This document shows positions 1 through 8,469 of a stretch of DNA of 64,000 bases, one piece after another. A program made the position numbers and the translations under genes. The stretch lies in the IMG/VR virus record IMGVR_UViG_3300001765_000297. The stretch is one strand, 5' to 3'. Source of the DNA: a virus (lineage: Duplodnaviria > Heunggongvirae > Uroviricota > Caudoviricetes). The notes under the pieces are model-generated. The model saw nothing but the letters and a program-made list of their open reading frames with translations. It was not told the origin of the DNA and made no database searches. Position 1 is the stretch's first letter. Every line of letters begins with the position of its first letter.

Positions 1-5
1 GTTAT

Positions 6-61
6 ACTGAATAAGTGATTAAAATGTTACGTTTTGAGTAAAGAAAATAAAATTATTTTTG
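6..61. repeat. direct repeat copy A (~55 bp); partner at 496..551; together they flank gene 53..466
   Basis: by-eye alignment ACTGAATAA..GTTTTGAGTAAAGAAAATAAAATTATTTTTG vs AACTGAATAA..GTTTTTAGTAAAGAAAATGAAAATTATTTTTC. Confidence 0.45.
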
Positions 62-466
62 ATATTTCTTTGCATAGCCTATAAACAGTGACTCTGCGAG
101 GCTATCTGTTAGGTCACTCTGTAAATGGGTATGCATTAATTTGCATTTCAAATTGTGTTCTACTCCCCATATTGCATGGCATAGCTCATGTAAAACAATC
201 TGATACAAATATGATTTGCCTAGGCTTGTGTCGGGTATCCAAATATAATTGCCTTTCATTTGTGCGACACCAATAGCGGAAACATCCATATCCTTAGTAG
301 TTATGCGGATATCAATTCTAGGCATTTCAAAGCCATTTGCTCTGAGCAAATTCTTTGCCTTATAGATAAGGTCAATTACTTGTCTACGTTCAGCATAAAC
401 GCTATTATCCATTCTCTTATTAGTGTGTCCCTTTGGTGCTGATGTTCTAATTTTTGTTGCTCTCAT
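53..466 (-). CDS. zincin-like (SprT/DUF45-like) metallopeptidase-domain protein
   Basis: 137-aa ORF; LHELCHAIWGVEH = HExxH...H zinc-binding motif. Confidence 0.45.
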   Translation of the reverse strand: MRATKIRTSAPKGHTNKRMDNSVYAERRQVIDLIYKAKNLLRANGFEMPRIDIRITTKDMDVSAIGVAQMKGNYIWIPDTSLGKSYLYQIVLHELCHAIWGVEHNLKCKLMHTHLQSDLTDSLAESLFIGYAKKYQK

Positions 467-495
467 GTTCTTTGTTTTGGTTTATGTCTACTTTA

Positions 496-551
496 ACTGA
501 ATAATGCCTATCAGGGTTTCGTTTTTAGTAAAGAAAATGAAAATTATTTTT
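496..551. repeat. direct repeat copy B (partner of 6..61)
   Basis: see copy A. Confidence 0.45.
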
Positions 552-825
552 CTTCCGGCTGATTATCAGCTAGTTACAATGCACATTATTTTCCTATATA
601 TATGGTATGTTATTCCTTATATATAAGGTGTTAGAATTTCACCGGTATGTCCGGGAATGCCCATGAATAGTGTGTTTCCGGAGTAATGGCGCTGCAATGC
701 CCACAGAATCAGTATTTCCCAGGGTAGCAGCAGCTAAAGACCAGTGTATTTGGACATTGTAGAAGCAATGCTTCGGAAACCCTGATTCAGCCTGGCTTTC
801 CGGAGGATTGAAAATAAATTAAATT

Positions 826-870
826 ATTTTGATATTAAATGTAACCTTTATATCTTTGTACCGTTAAAGA
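826..870 (+). promoter_or_regulatory. composite promoter of sigma gene: host-type TTTG(828-831)-N19-TATCTTTG(851-858) overlapping phage-type GTAACC(841-846)..CGTTAAA(862-868)
   Basis: matches Bacteroidetes sigmaA consensus TTTG/TAnnTTTG; overlaps a variant of the phage motif. Confidence 0.5.
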
Positions 871-894
871 GTACATAAACCAAATTTATACATC

Positions 895-1548
895 ATGAAA
901 AAATATAATTTATCTCGAATAATGAAAACTGCATGGCAGATATACAGGGCAGTTGGTATGGACAATATTACATTTGGCGAAGCCTTAAAACAAAGTTGGG
1001 CAAAGTGTAAAGAGTTACCAAGTTTTGAGCAGATATACAAAGATAACTATAAAGCAGTATTAAACTATATTAGGTTCAAATCCTCTAATTTAGGCACAGA
1101 GAATGCAGAAGAATTGTGTAACGACATATTTTTAAGGTTCAAAGACAATATGTATAAATACGATGGCAGAGCCTCTGCAAGGACATTGCTATTCACTTAT
1201 GCTAACAATGGAATTATTGACCATTTCAGAGGGAAAAACGTAGGTAAGACTAGTTGTATGTCTGATTTTGCAGATGATAATGGCAAAGACTTTTTTCAGA
1301 TTGCCGATAGTAATTTTGCCAATGCACTAGTTGAAAATAACGAATTGTCGGAAAAGATTACTAAGAGTTTCAATGTACTGAAACCAAAGTACAAAGAGGT
1401 AGCTAGATTGTTCTTTGTAGAGGAATTGCAGTACACAGAGATTGCAGAAATTCTAGAGATACCTTTGGGAAGTGTTAAGGGTATGATATTCAGAGTTAGA
1501 GAAATGCTACAAGGCGAATTGAAACCAATGTATAATGCAATGTACTAA
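895..1548 (+). CDS. sigma-70 family (ECF-like, regions 2 and 4 only) RNA polymerase sigma factor
   Basis: region 2 (AEELCNDIFLRF...ARTLLFTYANNGIIDHFR) and region 4 HTH (EVARLFFVEELQYTEIAEILEIPLGSVKGMIFRVREML). Confidence 0.8.
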   Translation: MKKYNLSRIMKTAWQIYRAVGMDNITFGEALKQSWAKCKELPSFEQIYKDNYKAVLNYIRFKSSNLGTENAEELCNDIFLRFKDNMYKYDGRASARTLLFTYANNGIIDHFRGKNVGKTSCMSDFADDNGKDFFQIADSNFANALVENNELSEKITKSFNVLKPKYKEVARLFFVEELQYTEIAEILEIPLGSVKGMIFRVREMLQGELKPMYNAMY

Positions 1549-1621
1549 GATACATTGCATAAAACGAAACCCTAATGTACTATTAAGAGTATAAGAGTTA
1601 TAACCACTAAAATATATAAGC

Positions 1622-1750
1622 ATGAAAACATTAACAGTTACTCCGGAAACCTTTGGTACAATGTTACTAAGTATAATTGAGTCAGGTGTTACATTTGAAG
1701 CAATTGAGAAAGACGGTAAAATAATTGTTGAATTTACAGGTGGTTTTTGA
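1622..1750 (+). CDS. small hypothetical protein (42 aa)
   Basis: ORF behind degenerate promoter AAACCC..AGTATAAG (shares CCCTAATGTACTATT with the 3035 promoter). Confidence 0.2.
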   Translation: MKTLTVTPETFGTMLLSIIESGVTFEAIEKDGKIIVEFTGGF

Positions 1751-1776
1751 AACCTTTGTTCAATGTCCACGTATAA
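1748..1776 (+). promoter_or_regulatory. phage promoter TGAAAC-N16-CGTATAA
   Basis: motif instance; identical to B. subtilis sigmaW-type consensus TGAAAC-N16-CGTATA. Confidence 0.55.
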
Positions 1777-1804
1777 GAATTATAAACACTAAAAAACCAT
1801 AATC

Positions 1805-2074
1805 ATGACAACAAAAAACGCAGTTCGCCCATTGTTCACAATTGCAAACGAAATCAGAAAAGATTGGAGAGCCACAGCCAAAGATGGTAAGATTTACTTT
1901 GGTGCTGTTCCTTACCTTGATGCAATGTCAAGCCTTGACAAAATTACTGATGCCTATGGATTAGACTCAGGTAAAATGATTGTAGCATACTTTTTAGGTA
2001 ATGCAAGTCAGTGGAAAGGTGAGAAGGCAAGAGAGATTAAAAAAGAGTTAAATGCTATGTTAAAATCGAAATAG
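1805..2074 (+). CDS. hypothetical early protein
   Basis: ORF downstream of promoter. Confidence 0.5.
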   Translation: MTTKNAVRPLFTIANEIRKDWRATAKDGKIYFGAVPYLDAMSSLDKITDAYGLDSGKMIVAYFLGNASQWKGEKAREIKKELNAMLKSK

Positions 2075-2156
2075 CACAATGTTCATTGTGAGGGGCAAAT
2101 GTCCCTCACATATTTCCAGTAATAACCGGTATTTTAATAATCAAAACTATAAAGCA

Positions 2157-2450
2157 ATGGAATTAAAAATGAAAGTTGTAACGTATAATGAAATTGATTA
2201 CTATGATTTTAACAAATTTGTGCAAAGCATTTATGGTGGTAACTTCGAATTTGTTGCAAACGAAGAAGCTAATAATTACAGTCGATACAAATTCGATGCA
2301 CCTAATGTGCATATGGATTTTGATGGCGAAGAAGAAGCTGCAATAAGGTCGGGCAAATATCCAATGCAATGTACTCATGCATTGTTCAATGTATTGCACA
2401 AAGATGGTCATATTCAAGCCGGAGATTATATTATAAAGGTTTCTTGGTAA
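2157..2450 (+). CDS. hypothetical protein (start trimmed from 2079 to Met after hairpin 2088-2109)
   Basis: ORF; upstream in-frame extension crosses a GTGAGGG/CCCTCAC hairpin. Confidence 0.45.
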   Translation: MELKMKVVTYNEIDYYDFNKFVQSIYGGNFEFVANEEANNYSRYKFDAPNVHMDFDGEEEAAIRSGKYPMQCTHALFNVLHKDGHIQAGDYIIKVSW

Positions 2451-2480
2451 TGTAACCTTTCACTTTGTTTTTACGTATAA
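2451..2480 (+). promoter_or_regulatory. phage promoter TGTAAC(2451-2456)-N17-CGTATAA(2474-2480)
   Basis: motif; followed by conserved leader CATCATAACCAAAACATTCAGAC-ATG. Confidence 0.6.
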
Positions 2481-2504
2481 TCATCATAACCAAAACATTC
2501 AGAC

Positions 2505-2672
2505 ATGGCAACAATAACAACAAAAACGACAATCGAGTTAGACCAAAGAGAAATCACAAATATTTTGGTTTCTCACTTTCAAGATAAGGGTATATTAAAA
2601 GATAATGTTCATACTTCCAATATTCATATTCGTGAAGAGGGTGGACAAATCAAATGTACAATTAAAGAATAA
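2505..2672 (+). CDS. small hypothetical protein (55 aa)
   Basis: ATG at canonical 24-nt distance from -10; not in ORF track (<60 aa). Confidence 0.4.
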   Translation: MATITTKTTIELDQREITNILVSHFQDKGILKDNVHTSNIHIREEGGQIKCTIKE

Positions 2673-2689
2673 TATAAAACCTCTCAGAC

Positions 2690-2965
2690 ATGGACAAATT
2701 AAATTTCACCACAAAACTTTCAGGTTTAACCAAGCCAAGATTTAAACATGATTGTACTGAATGTACATATTTGGGCAGACACAATGGTAAAGACCTTTAT
2801 CATTGTACACAGGTTGGAAATCCTACAATTATAGTAAGGCATTCAAATCATCCCGCAGAATATGTTTCAGGTATGGTATTTGCTCGTAAAGCAGTTGAGG
2901 ATTGTGATTTTAACAATAGCTTTGCTCAGGCATACATGAGAGCCAAAGCATTAAATTTAATATAA
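2690..2965 (+). CDS. hypothetical protein
   Basis: ORF; likely co-transcribed with 2505..2672. Confidence 0.5.
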   Translation: MDKLNFTTKLSGLTKPRFKHDCTECTYLGRHNGKDLYHCTQVGNPTIIVRHSNHPAEYVSGMVFARKAVEDCDFNNSFAQAYMRAKALNLI

Positions 2966-2985
2966 AAATATAATTTTGGTTTATA

Positions 2986-3024
2986 GGGATGTTCCGTTTA
3001 ATCAGAACGGCATCCCTTTTTTTA
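2986..3024 (+). terminator. intrinsic terminator GGGATGTTCCG..CGGCATCCC + T7
   Basis: GC hairpin followed by TTTTTTT. Confidence 0.6.
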
Positions 3025-3034
3025 TTGCCGGAAA

Positions 3035-3064
3035 TGTAACCCTAATGTACTATTGTCCGTATAA
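3035..3064 (+). promoter_or_regulatory. phage promoter TGTAAC-N17-CGTATAA
   Basis: motif + conserved leader. Confidence 0.6.
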
Positions 3065-3087
3065 CCATCATAACCAAAACAAATATT

Positions 3088-3348
3088 ATGGCAACTCAAA
3101 AATCCATCGACAAAAAGTACAACTTCAAGACAGGTTTTAATGTTGGCTATGTAGAACTAGATAACATTATTACGGGCAAAACTCAACCATATTTGAAAGT
3201 AAGTAAACTCAGAGGCACATATCCTAACTATGAAAGAAATTCATTTAAGGGTATTATAATGGATAACTTTAAAACATTCAAGGCAATCAGTATTAATGCC
3301 AAAGGTGAATATGTTTACAAAGAATGTAAGAATCCCTATCAGAAATGA
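3088..3348 (+). CDS. hypothetical protein
   Basis: ORF with promoter/leader. Confidence 0.5.
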   Translation: MATQKSIDKKYNFKTGFNVGYVELDNIITGKTQPYLKVSKLRGTYPNYERNSFKGIIMDNFKTFKAISINAKGEYVYKECKNPYQK

Positions 3349-3375
3349 AACCCTACGGGGTTTCTTTCCGTATAA
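3347..3375 (+). promoter_or_regulatory. terminator hairpin GAAACCC-tacg-GGGTTTC whose 5' arm is the -35 (GAAACC) of promoter ..CGTATAA(3369-3375)
   Basis: hairpin + motif spacing 16. Confidence 0.5.
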
Positions 3376-3399
3376 TCGACATAACCAAAACATAAAGAC

Positions 3400-3828
3400 A
3401 TGAGCAAATTAATTATCGGATTAAAATTTTCACCCGCAACACTTTTATCTGCAACCGCAATTGGTGTTACAAAAGTATTAGTTACTTATGGTGGTGGAAT
3501 GGGTGGTTCACATAAAACTTACTATTGCACAGATTTTCAATTGAAAAAGTCTAATGGAATGTATGTTGCTAAACTCACCAATGGTGAAGTAATTGAAATC
3601 AATCCTCGTTATGTGGTTGAAATCAAAACAAGGACATTAGTTAAGGTCATTACTGATAAGACTGCTCACGCAAATTATCATAACCCTACTGTTAAGACTT
3701 CATTACTTGTTGAGTATATTGAATTGGAACACAATGAAACCTTTGAAGCCACCAATGAAAATCGTAACACTTCAAAATTTGATGACAAACGTATTGTTAT
3801 CAGCTATGAAGAGAACGTGCCAAAATAG
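3400..3828 (+). CDS. hypothetical protein
   Basis: ORF with promoter/leader. Confidence 0.55.
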   Translation: MSKLIIGLKFSPATLLSATAIGVTKVLVTYGGGMGGSHKTYYCTDFQLKKSNGMYVAKLTNGEVIEINPRYVVEIKTRTLVKVITDKTAHANYHNPTVKTSLLVEYIELEHNETFEATNENRNTSKFDDKRIVISYEENVPK

Positions 3829-3927
3829 AAACCTTTTCTGTATTTTCGATATGCCCTTGCGTTGTGATAACGCAGGGGTTTCTTCATTTAAAGCTGCAGC
3901 TTTTTCCAGGATTTCACCGGTGAAAAC

Positions 3928-3955
3928 GTAACTTTTTTCCGGCAATTACGTATAA
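3928..3955 (+). promoter_or_regulatory. phage promoter GTAAC-N16-CGTATAA driving ORF-free transcript
   Basis: motif; no ORF downstream until next promoter at 4060. Confidence 0.5.
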
Positions 3956-3961
3956 GAATTG

Positions 3962-4045
3962 TCAGGGTGAAACTTGGGTGAAGTAATCCAACCCTACCTT
4001 ATGTTCTAATCATAGAATGATTCTAAATACTATATGCAAGTAAAT
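3962..4045 (+). ncRNA. candidate small RNA, family copy 1 (motif GTAATCCAACCCTACC 3983-3998, hairpin TTCTA-atca-TAGAA)
   Basis: promoter-driven, non-coding; shares motif with copies at 9925 and 16976. Confidence 0.3.
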
Positions 4046-4059
4046 ATAATTAATGCAAA

Positions 4060-4089
4060 TGAAACCTTTTTATATCATTCTGCGTATAA
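4060..4089 (+). promoter_or_regulatory. phage promoter TGAAAC-N17-CGTATAA
   Basis: motif. Confidence 0.55.
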
Positions 4090-4105
4090 AAAATAAAAAG
4101 AAATT

Positions 4106-4375
4106 ATGGCTAACTGTGGTTATAGTGCTGATAAAAAATTAATTGCCGATGCAATTAAGTCAGGCAAAACATTAGATATTAAAGAGAAAGATAATAGTAT
4201 AATCATTCTCTTTAAGAATAAAATAAATGCACTTCTTTTGGAGGACACAGTTTCAAATCATGAGTATAATGGTCATAAATATGAGTTTCATTCAGCATGG
4301 AATAAATTATCAAGACTATTAATTAAACTGAATCAGATTAGACAAAAGAATATGTACTACAAATCAATTGAATAA
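4106..4375 (+). CDS. hypothetical protein
   Basis: ORF with promoter. Confidence 0.5.
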   Translation: MANCGYSADKKLIADAIKSGKTLDIKEKDNSIIILFKNKINALLLEDTVSNHEYNGHKYEFHSAWNKLSRLLIKLNQIRQKNMYYKSIE

Positions 4376-4430
4376 ACGTAACCTTTCATAGTCATTTTGC
4401 GTATAATCAGCATAACCAAAACATAAAGAC

Positions 4431-5036
4431 ATGGCACTTATTTTAGTTAGTTGTGAAGAAAGTCAGGCAGTAACAAAAGCATTCAGAGCATTAGGGCATG
4501 AAGCATATTCAAATGACCTTAAACCTTGTAGTGGTGGACATCCTGAATGGCATTTGCAAATGGATTGCTTTGAAGCAATTGCATTAAAGTCTTGGGATTT
4601 ACTTATTGCTTTCCCTACTTGTACTTATCTTACAGTTAGTGCAAACAAATGGTATAAAGACCAACCTAAGAGAAAAAGTGGTGCTTTGGTAGGTGCGGAG
4701 AGAAGACAAGCAAGACTTGACGCAATTGATTTCTTCATGGCATTCGTTAATGCTGATGTACCGAGGATTGCAATTGAAAACCCTATTGGAGTTATGTCGA
4801 CAGTATATCGCAAACCCAATCAGGTTATACAACCTTGGATGTTTGGACATGGCGAAACCAAAGCAACTTGCTTATGGCTTAAGAACTTACCTAACTTGAA
4901 ACCAACAGATGTTGTTGAAGGCAGAGTTGGTGCAATGCATTTACTTCCTAAAACTGACAACAGAGCAGAATTAAGGTCAAAGACTTATCAAGGTGTTGCA
5001 GATGCAATGGCAAAACAATGGTCAGAGTGCTTATAG
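4431..5036 (+). CDS. truncated C5-cytosine-methyltransferase-like protein (motif IV PTC and motif VI ENP present; SAM glycine loop degenerate)
   Basis: LILVSCEESQAVTKAFRALGHEAYSNDLKP aligns to C5-MTase motif I region but lacks FxGxGG; FPTCTYLTVSANK ~ PCQxFSxAGK; IENPIG ~ ENV. Confidence 0.4.
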   Translation: MALILVSCEESQAVTKAFRALGHEAYSNDLKPCSGGHPEWHLQMDCFEAIALKSWDLLIAFPTCTYLTVSANKWYKDQPKRKSGALVGAERRQARLDAIDFFMAFVNADVPRIAIENPIGVMSTVYRKPNQVIQPWMFGHGETKATCLWLKNLPNLKPTDVVEGRVGAMHLLPKTDNRAELRSKTYQGVADAMAKQWSECL

Positions 5037-5100
5037 CACTTTGACTTTTTGTAACAACCGAATGTCCATTTTCGTATAATCATAACCAAAACAAGATAAC

Positions 5101-5469
5101 ATGAAACTCAATAACAAAACAATTCTCGTAGTAAGTGACAATGGTGAAATGGATATTTTCTTACTTGATGGTGGTGTTGCCACTATTCACCACAATGGCG
5201 AGAGATTCTTAACAACTTACATTCAGAATCGTGCAACACCTGACGACCTGAGAAATCCTGATTTTTGGACTTCTGATGTCATGAGTGATAGCAAACAGTA
5301 TATTAAAGACTGGAAACCTACACAGAAGTACATTAGTTCAAAAATGATTTTGGATGCAGCTCGTTGGCTTCTCGCAGGTTTTGGAAATGGTACTATCTTA
5401 TTCCTAAATAATTACAATGAAGTTGCTGACCTCATGGAGGAAGCTGGAATTTGGAATACTGCTGAGTAA
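5101..5469 (+). CDS. hypothetical protein
   Basis: ORF with promoter/leader. Confidence 0.5.
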   Translation: MKLNNKTILVVSDNGEMDIFLLDGGVATIHHNGERFLTTYIQNRATPDDLRNPDFWTSDVMSDSKQYIKDWKPTQKYISSKMILDAARWLLAGFGNGTILFLNNYNEVADLMEEAGIWNTAE

Positions 5470-5524
5470 TGTAACAAATTATTGTCCAATTACGTATAAT
5501 CAATGTACACTAAAACATAAAGAC

Positions 5525-5860
5525 ATGACAAAAAAAGAATGTGCAGAATTAAGCGAAAAGGCAACAGAGATTTCCGAAGGTGTTCAAAGAGCAATCAAAG
5601 AAGTCACCAAGGACAAACCACTAGTATTCTTTGGTGATGAACCTGAACAGGAAGACCTTGATGAAGCACCTTTTGGATACGCAGTTAGCCGACATGGAAA
5701 TTTCCTTGATGGCAATGTACAGAGGGTTTGCGGTGATGATGTCACACTCTTTTTAAGAGGCGATGATTGGGGCGACACAGTTGAACAAAACTTATCTGAC
5801 CTACCTTTCGAGGCACTGATTATGATTCTTGACAAACTTGAAGAAATATTGGAGGACTAA
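5525..5860 (+). CDS. hypothetical acidic protein (start moved to ATG at leader distance from promoter 5471-5499)
   Basis: -10 CGTATAA 5493-5499, 25-nt leader, ATG 5525. Confidence 0.5.
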   Translation: MTKKECAELSEKATEISEGVQRAIKEVTKDKPLVFFGDEPEQEDLDEAPFGYAVSRHGNFLDGNVQRVCGDDVTLFLRGDDWGDTVEQNLSDLPFEALIMILDKLEEILED

Positions 5861-5863
5861 ATT

Positions 5864-6208
5864 ATGGAACTCACATTAGTAAAAACCCGCACATTTAAAC
5901 TTGAACCCTATGGTAAGTTTAGAATTTCAATGGCGAGAAAAGCAAAAGGTTATCTACCAAATATTATTCCTCTACATGAATTGGATATTGACCACGATAC
6001 TTCGATGCCGTTCACAGAGCAACAGGAGAAAGATATTATAAAGTTAATGAAAGCCAATAAAACAGATATTCTAACTGATGGCTCATACTTTGGATTCTAC
6101 ACAAGAGCAGGAGGAGGCGAATTTGCAAGTCTGTGCCATATAAGACACCCAAAGCTAATAAAATATAGGGAAGATGAAAGTTTTAAGGAACTAGTAGACG
6201 GAGAATAA
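5864..6208 (+). CDS. hypothetical protein
   Basis: ORF translationally coupled to upstream gene. Confidence 0.5.
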   Translation: MELTLVKTRTFKLEPYGKFRISMARKAKGYLPNIIPLHELDIDHDTSMPFTEQQEKDIIKLMKANKTDILTDGSYFGFYTRAGGGEFASLCHIRHPKLIKYREDESFKELVDGE

Positions 6209-6260
6209 ACCGGTGAAATCCGGCACAAAAAATTGATTGTCCATGTTTTGGTTATATTAA

Positions 6261-6297
6261 GGGTGTAGTTGTTAACCAGACAACCACCCTTTTTTTA
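6261..6297 (+). terminator. intrinsic terminator GGGTGTAGTTG..CAACCACCC + T7
   Basis: hairpin + T-tract. Confidence 0.6.
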
Positions 6298-6365
6298 TTT
6301 AAGTAAAACGTAACCTTTTAATTGTTAATGTCGTATAACCATCATAACCACTAATAAATAGCACT

Positions 6366-7259
6366 ATGGACACAACAATCAAAAGTACTTACCCAATGGT
6401 AAGTTCACCCGAAGAAGTAAATGATAACGGTAAATTTTCAACACTTAATTTTGGTATGTTTACTACCCTAAAATATAATAGGGGTGAAGACAGTGGAATT
6501 GATAATAACCGTTTATCTAGGTTTAAGAAACTTTGGAATGATAATGAATATTTTAAAGATGATTTACATCTTTATGTTAATAGAGCATTAGAAACTATTG
6601 ACGGTCATCATCATTTACATCTTCATATATTTCTCAAAAGCATTGGTATCGACCTACCAATTAATTTTACAGTATTGACACAGGCAGAATATAATGAAGG
6701 TACATTACTTCAGAAAATTGGTGCGATTGCAAGGCGAAATGCAGTAACTTCAAAATGGGATAGTAAGGCTCATTTCAACGTAGCATTAAAATTACGTTTA
6801 CCTTTGGCAATTGCAATTCAGAATCTTAAAGCAGAGTATATGAGAAAGTATAGTACTGATGGTAGAATGATAACTCCATCACGTATTTTTGCCATTCTTA
6901 CATCGGATAGTAAATGGTTAAATAGTGATTTAGTAACTGTTGAAGATTATGGTAAGGAGGAATTAATACCGGTAATGTCTACCGAAAAATTTAAAAAAGA
7001 GTTTGAATTTGTTTGTAAGGTTATTAACTATCTTACCGAATGGAATTGTGTTTATGAAGAAACTGCAAAAATCACCCAATTTAATATGATACGTGCAACA
7101 ATGCCTATGATTTGGGATAATATGTTAAATATGGATAAATTTCTTGCAGAGATTGAATCAAAAGAATTGAAAGAGAGATTTAAGGGTGTGGCAAATACTG
7201 TCAAGGGTTGTGTAATGTACACTAAAAGATTTCAGAAGAAAATGTTAAACGAATATTAA
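6366..7259 (+). CDS. hypothetical protein (297 aa)
   Basis: ORF with promoter (6311-6345) and leader. Confidence 0.6.
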   Translation: MDTTIKSTYPMVSSPEEVNDNGKFSTLNFGMFTTLKYNRGEDSGIDNNRLSRFKKLWNDNEYFKDDLHLYVNRALETIDGHHHLHLHIFLKSIGIDLPINFTVLTQAEYNEGTLLQKIGAIARRNAVTSKWDSKAHFNVALKLRLPLAIAIQNLKAEYMRKYSTDGRMITPSRIFAILTSDSKWLNSDLVTVEDYGKEELIPVMSTEKFKKEFEFVCKVINYLTEWNCVYEETAKITQFNMIRATMPMIWDNMLNMDKFLAEIESKELKERFKGVANTVKGCVMYTKRFQKKMLNEY

Positions 7260-7272
7260 TAAATATAATAAT

Positions 7273-7313
7273 GGGGTTGCAATTTGTAACCCCATTTATT
7301 TTAACTCGTATAA
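7273..7313 (+). promoter_or_regulatory. terminator GGGGTT..AACCCC with -35 TGTAAC (7285-7290) in the hairpin, -10 CGTATAA 7307-7313
   Basis: hairpin/T-rich + motif. Confidence 0.55.
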
Positions 7314-7318
7314 TATCT

Positions 7319-7777
7319 ATGAATATATTTGAACTACAAACAGAAACCGTACTTAACAACCACGGGAATGTCCAATTAATTTATATTGGTGAAAGTGTTG
7401 TTGCAACCAAAATCTTAAAAGAATCAACAAATAAAAACAAGTTATTTAAAAATGCTTGTTCGCCATATTTAACACCAACTGGAAGACAAAAAAAAACTGA
7501 GTTTGTTTATCATTCACCATCAAATAATATAGATATAAGAATTGAATGTAAGTCTAGAAAAACCCTGGGTTTAATTGGTGAGATAACAGACGAATTAAAT
7601 TTTATTACTAACATACCTGAGAAACAATATTGTTTGGTTTTAAGCGAAATATTACTCAGTAATTATATTTTAGATAGAATAAATACCATTGTAGTAGAAA
7701 AGGAATTGCAAGATAAGATTTGGGTTGGTAGTTTAGAACAGTTTAAAAGTTTCTTAAAGGAACATATTAAATTGTAA
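7319..7777 (+). CDS. hypothetical protein; apparently leaderless (ATG 5 nt after -10)
   Basis: first ATG after promoter; ORF-track start 7271 lies inside terminator. Confidence 0.5.
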   Translation: MNIFELQTETVLNNHGNVQLIYIGESVVATKILKESTNKNKLFKNACSPYLTPTGRQKKTEFVYHSPSNNIDIRIECKSRKTLGLIGEITDELNFITNIPEKQYCLVLSEILLSNYILDRINTIVVEKELQDKIWVGSLEQFKSFLKEHIKL

Positions 7778-7802
7778 CCTTATCAATGTACATAACGTAT
7801 AA
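7773..7802 (+). promoter_or_regulatory. phage promoter TGTAAC-N17-CGTATAA
   Basis: motif. Confidence 0.6.
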
Positions 7803-7807
7803 TACTC

Positions 7808-8002
7808 ATGATACTTTTAACAACCATAACAACTAAGATTCAGAAAGTCATTAAACCCGAAGATGATATAAGGTTTCTTGATGTACGCTACTTGGATAAG
7901 TGGATAAGAAATTATCCACAGTGTTTTCCAAAGTTCGTATTGAATAATGAGCATAAGATATTGTTCAACCCTAATAAACTAAGATATGAATTTCACAAAT
8001 GA
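7808..8002 (+). CDS. hypothetical protein; leaderless-type start
   Basis: ATG 5 nt after -10. Confidence 0.4.
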   Translation: MILLTTITTKIQKVIKPEDDIRFLDVRYLDKWIRNYPQCFPKFVLNNEHKILFNPNKLRYEFHK

Positions 8003-8420
8003 ATTAGATTTTCTTGGCAGCTTTTGGAAAGAAGCACAGAGAATCACAGGTAACATATCAACAGAATTGCCAAAGATTAATCCGAAGGCAAAAATGATTG
8101 GTAAGCACCTTGCAGTTGTTCAATATAAAGACCTTGAAAATTGGAGTGTTGAGGGCTTGTTCGGCAAGTCTGAAAATCTTGATGCACTTGCAAGAAAGAT
8201 TTCATTTATGGTAAATAAAGGTGATGCACAGAATGTCAAACCTCTTATTGAAAGAATATTAACTAAGGGTGTTAAGGCACAAACAAAACCAAAATTAGTA
8301 CGCACTGGCTATACTTGTGATGCAGAATTCTATGGCTTTGGTCATTTCCGTTGGGATTACAAAGCATACATATTAAAGGCAGATGAATTGAAAAGAGTAA
8401 GAGAGTATTTTAATATGTAA
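7986..8420 (+). CDS. hypothetical protein
   Basis: ORF overlapping upstream gene end. Confidence 0.5.
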   Translation: MNFTNELDFLGSFWKEAQRITGNISTELPKINPKAKMIGKHLAVVQYKDLENWSVEGLFGKSENLDALARKISFMVNKGDAQNVKPLIERILTKGVKAQTKPKLVRTGYTCDAEFYGFGHFRWDYKAYILKADELKRVREYFNM

Positions 8421-8469
8421 CATTTCAATGTTGATTTGCGTATAAGCTGCATAACCAATACATAGAGAC

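Noticed and set aside
88-442. Plus-strand ORFs 88..276 and 260..442
   Set aside because: Antisense to the zincin-like gene 53..466. No promoter.
2079-2156. N-terminal extension of ORF 2079..2450
   Set aside because: Crosses the GTGAGGG/CCCTCAC hairpin. Downstream Met 2157 is preferred, with low confidence.
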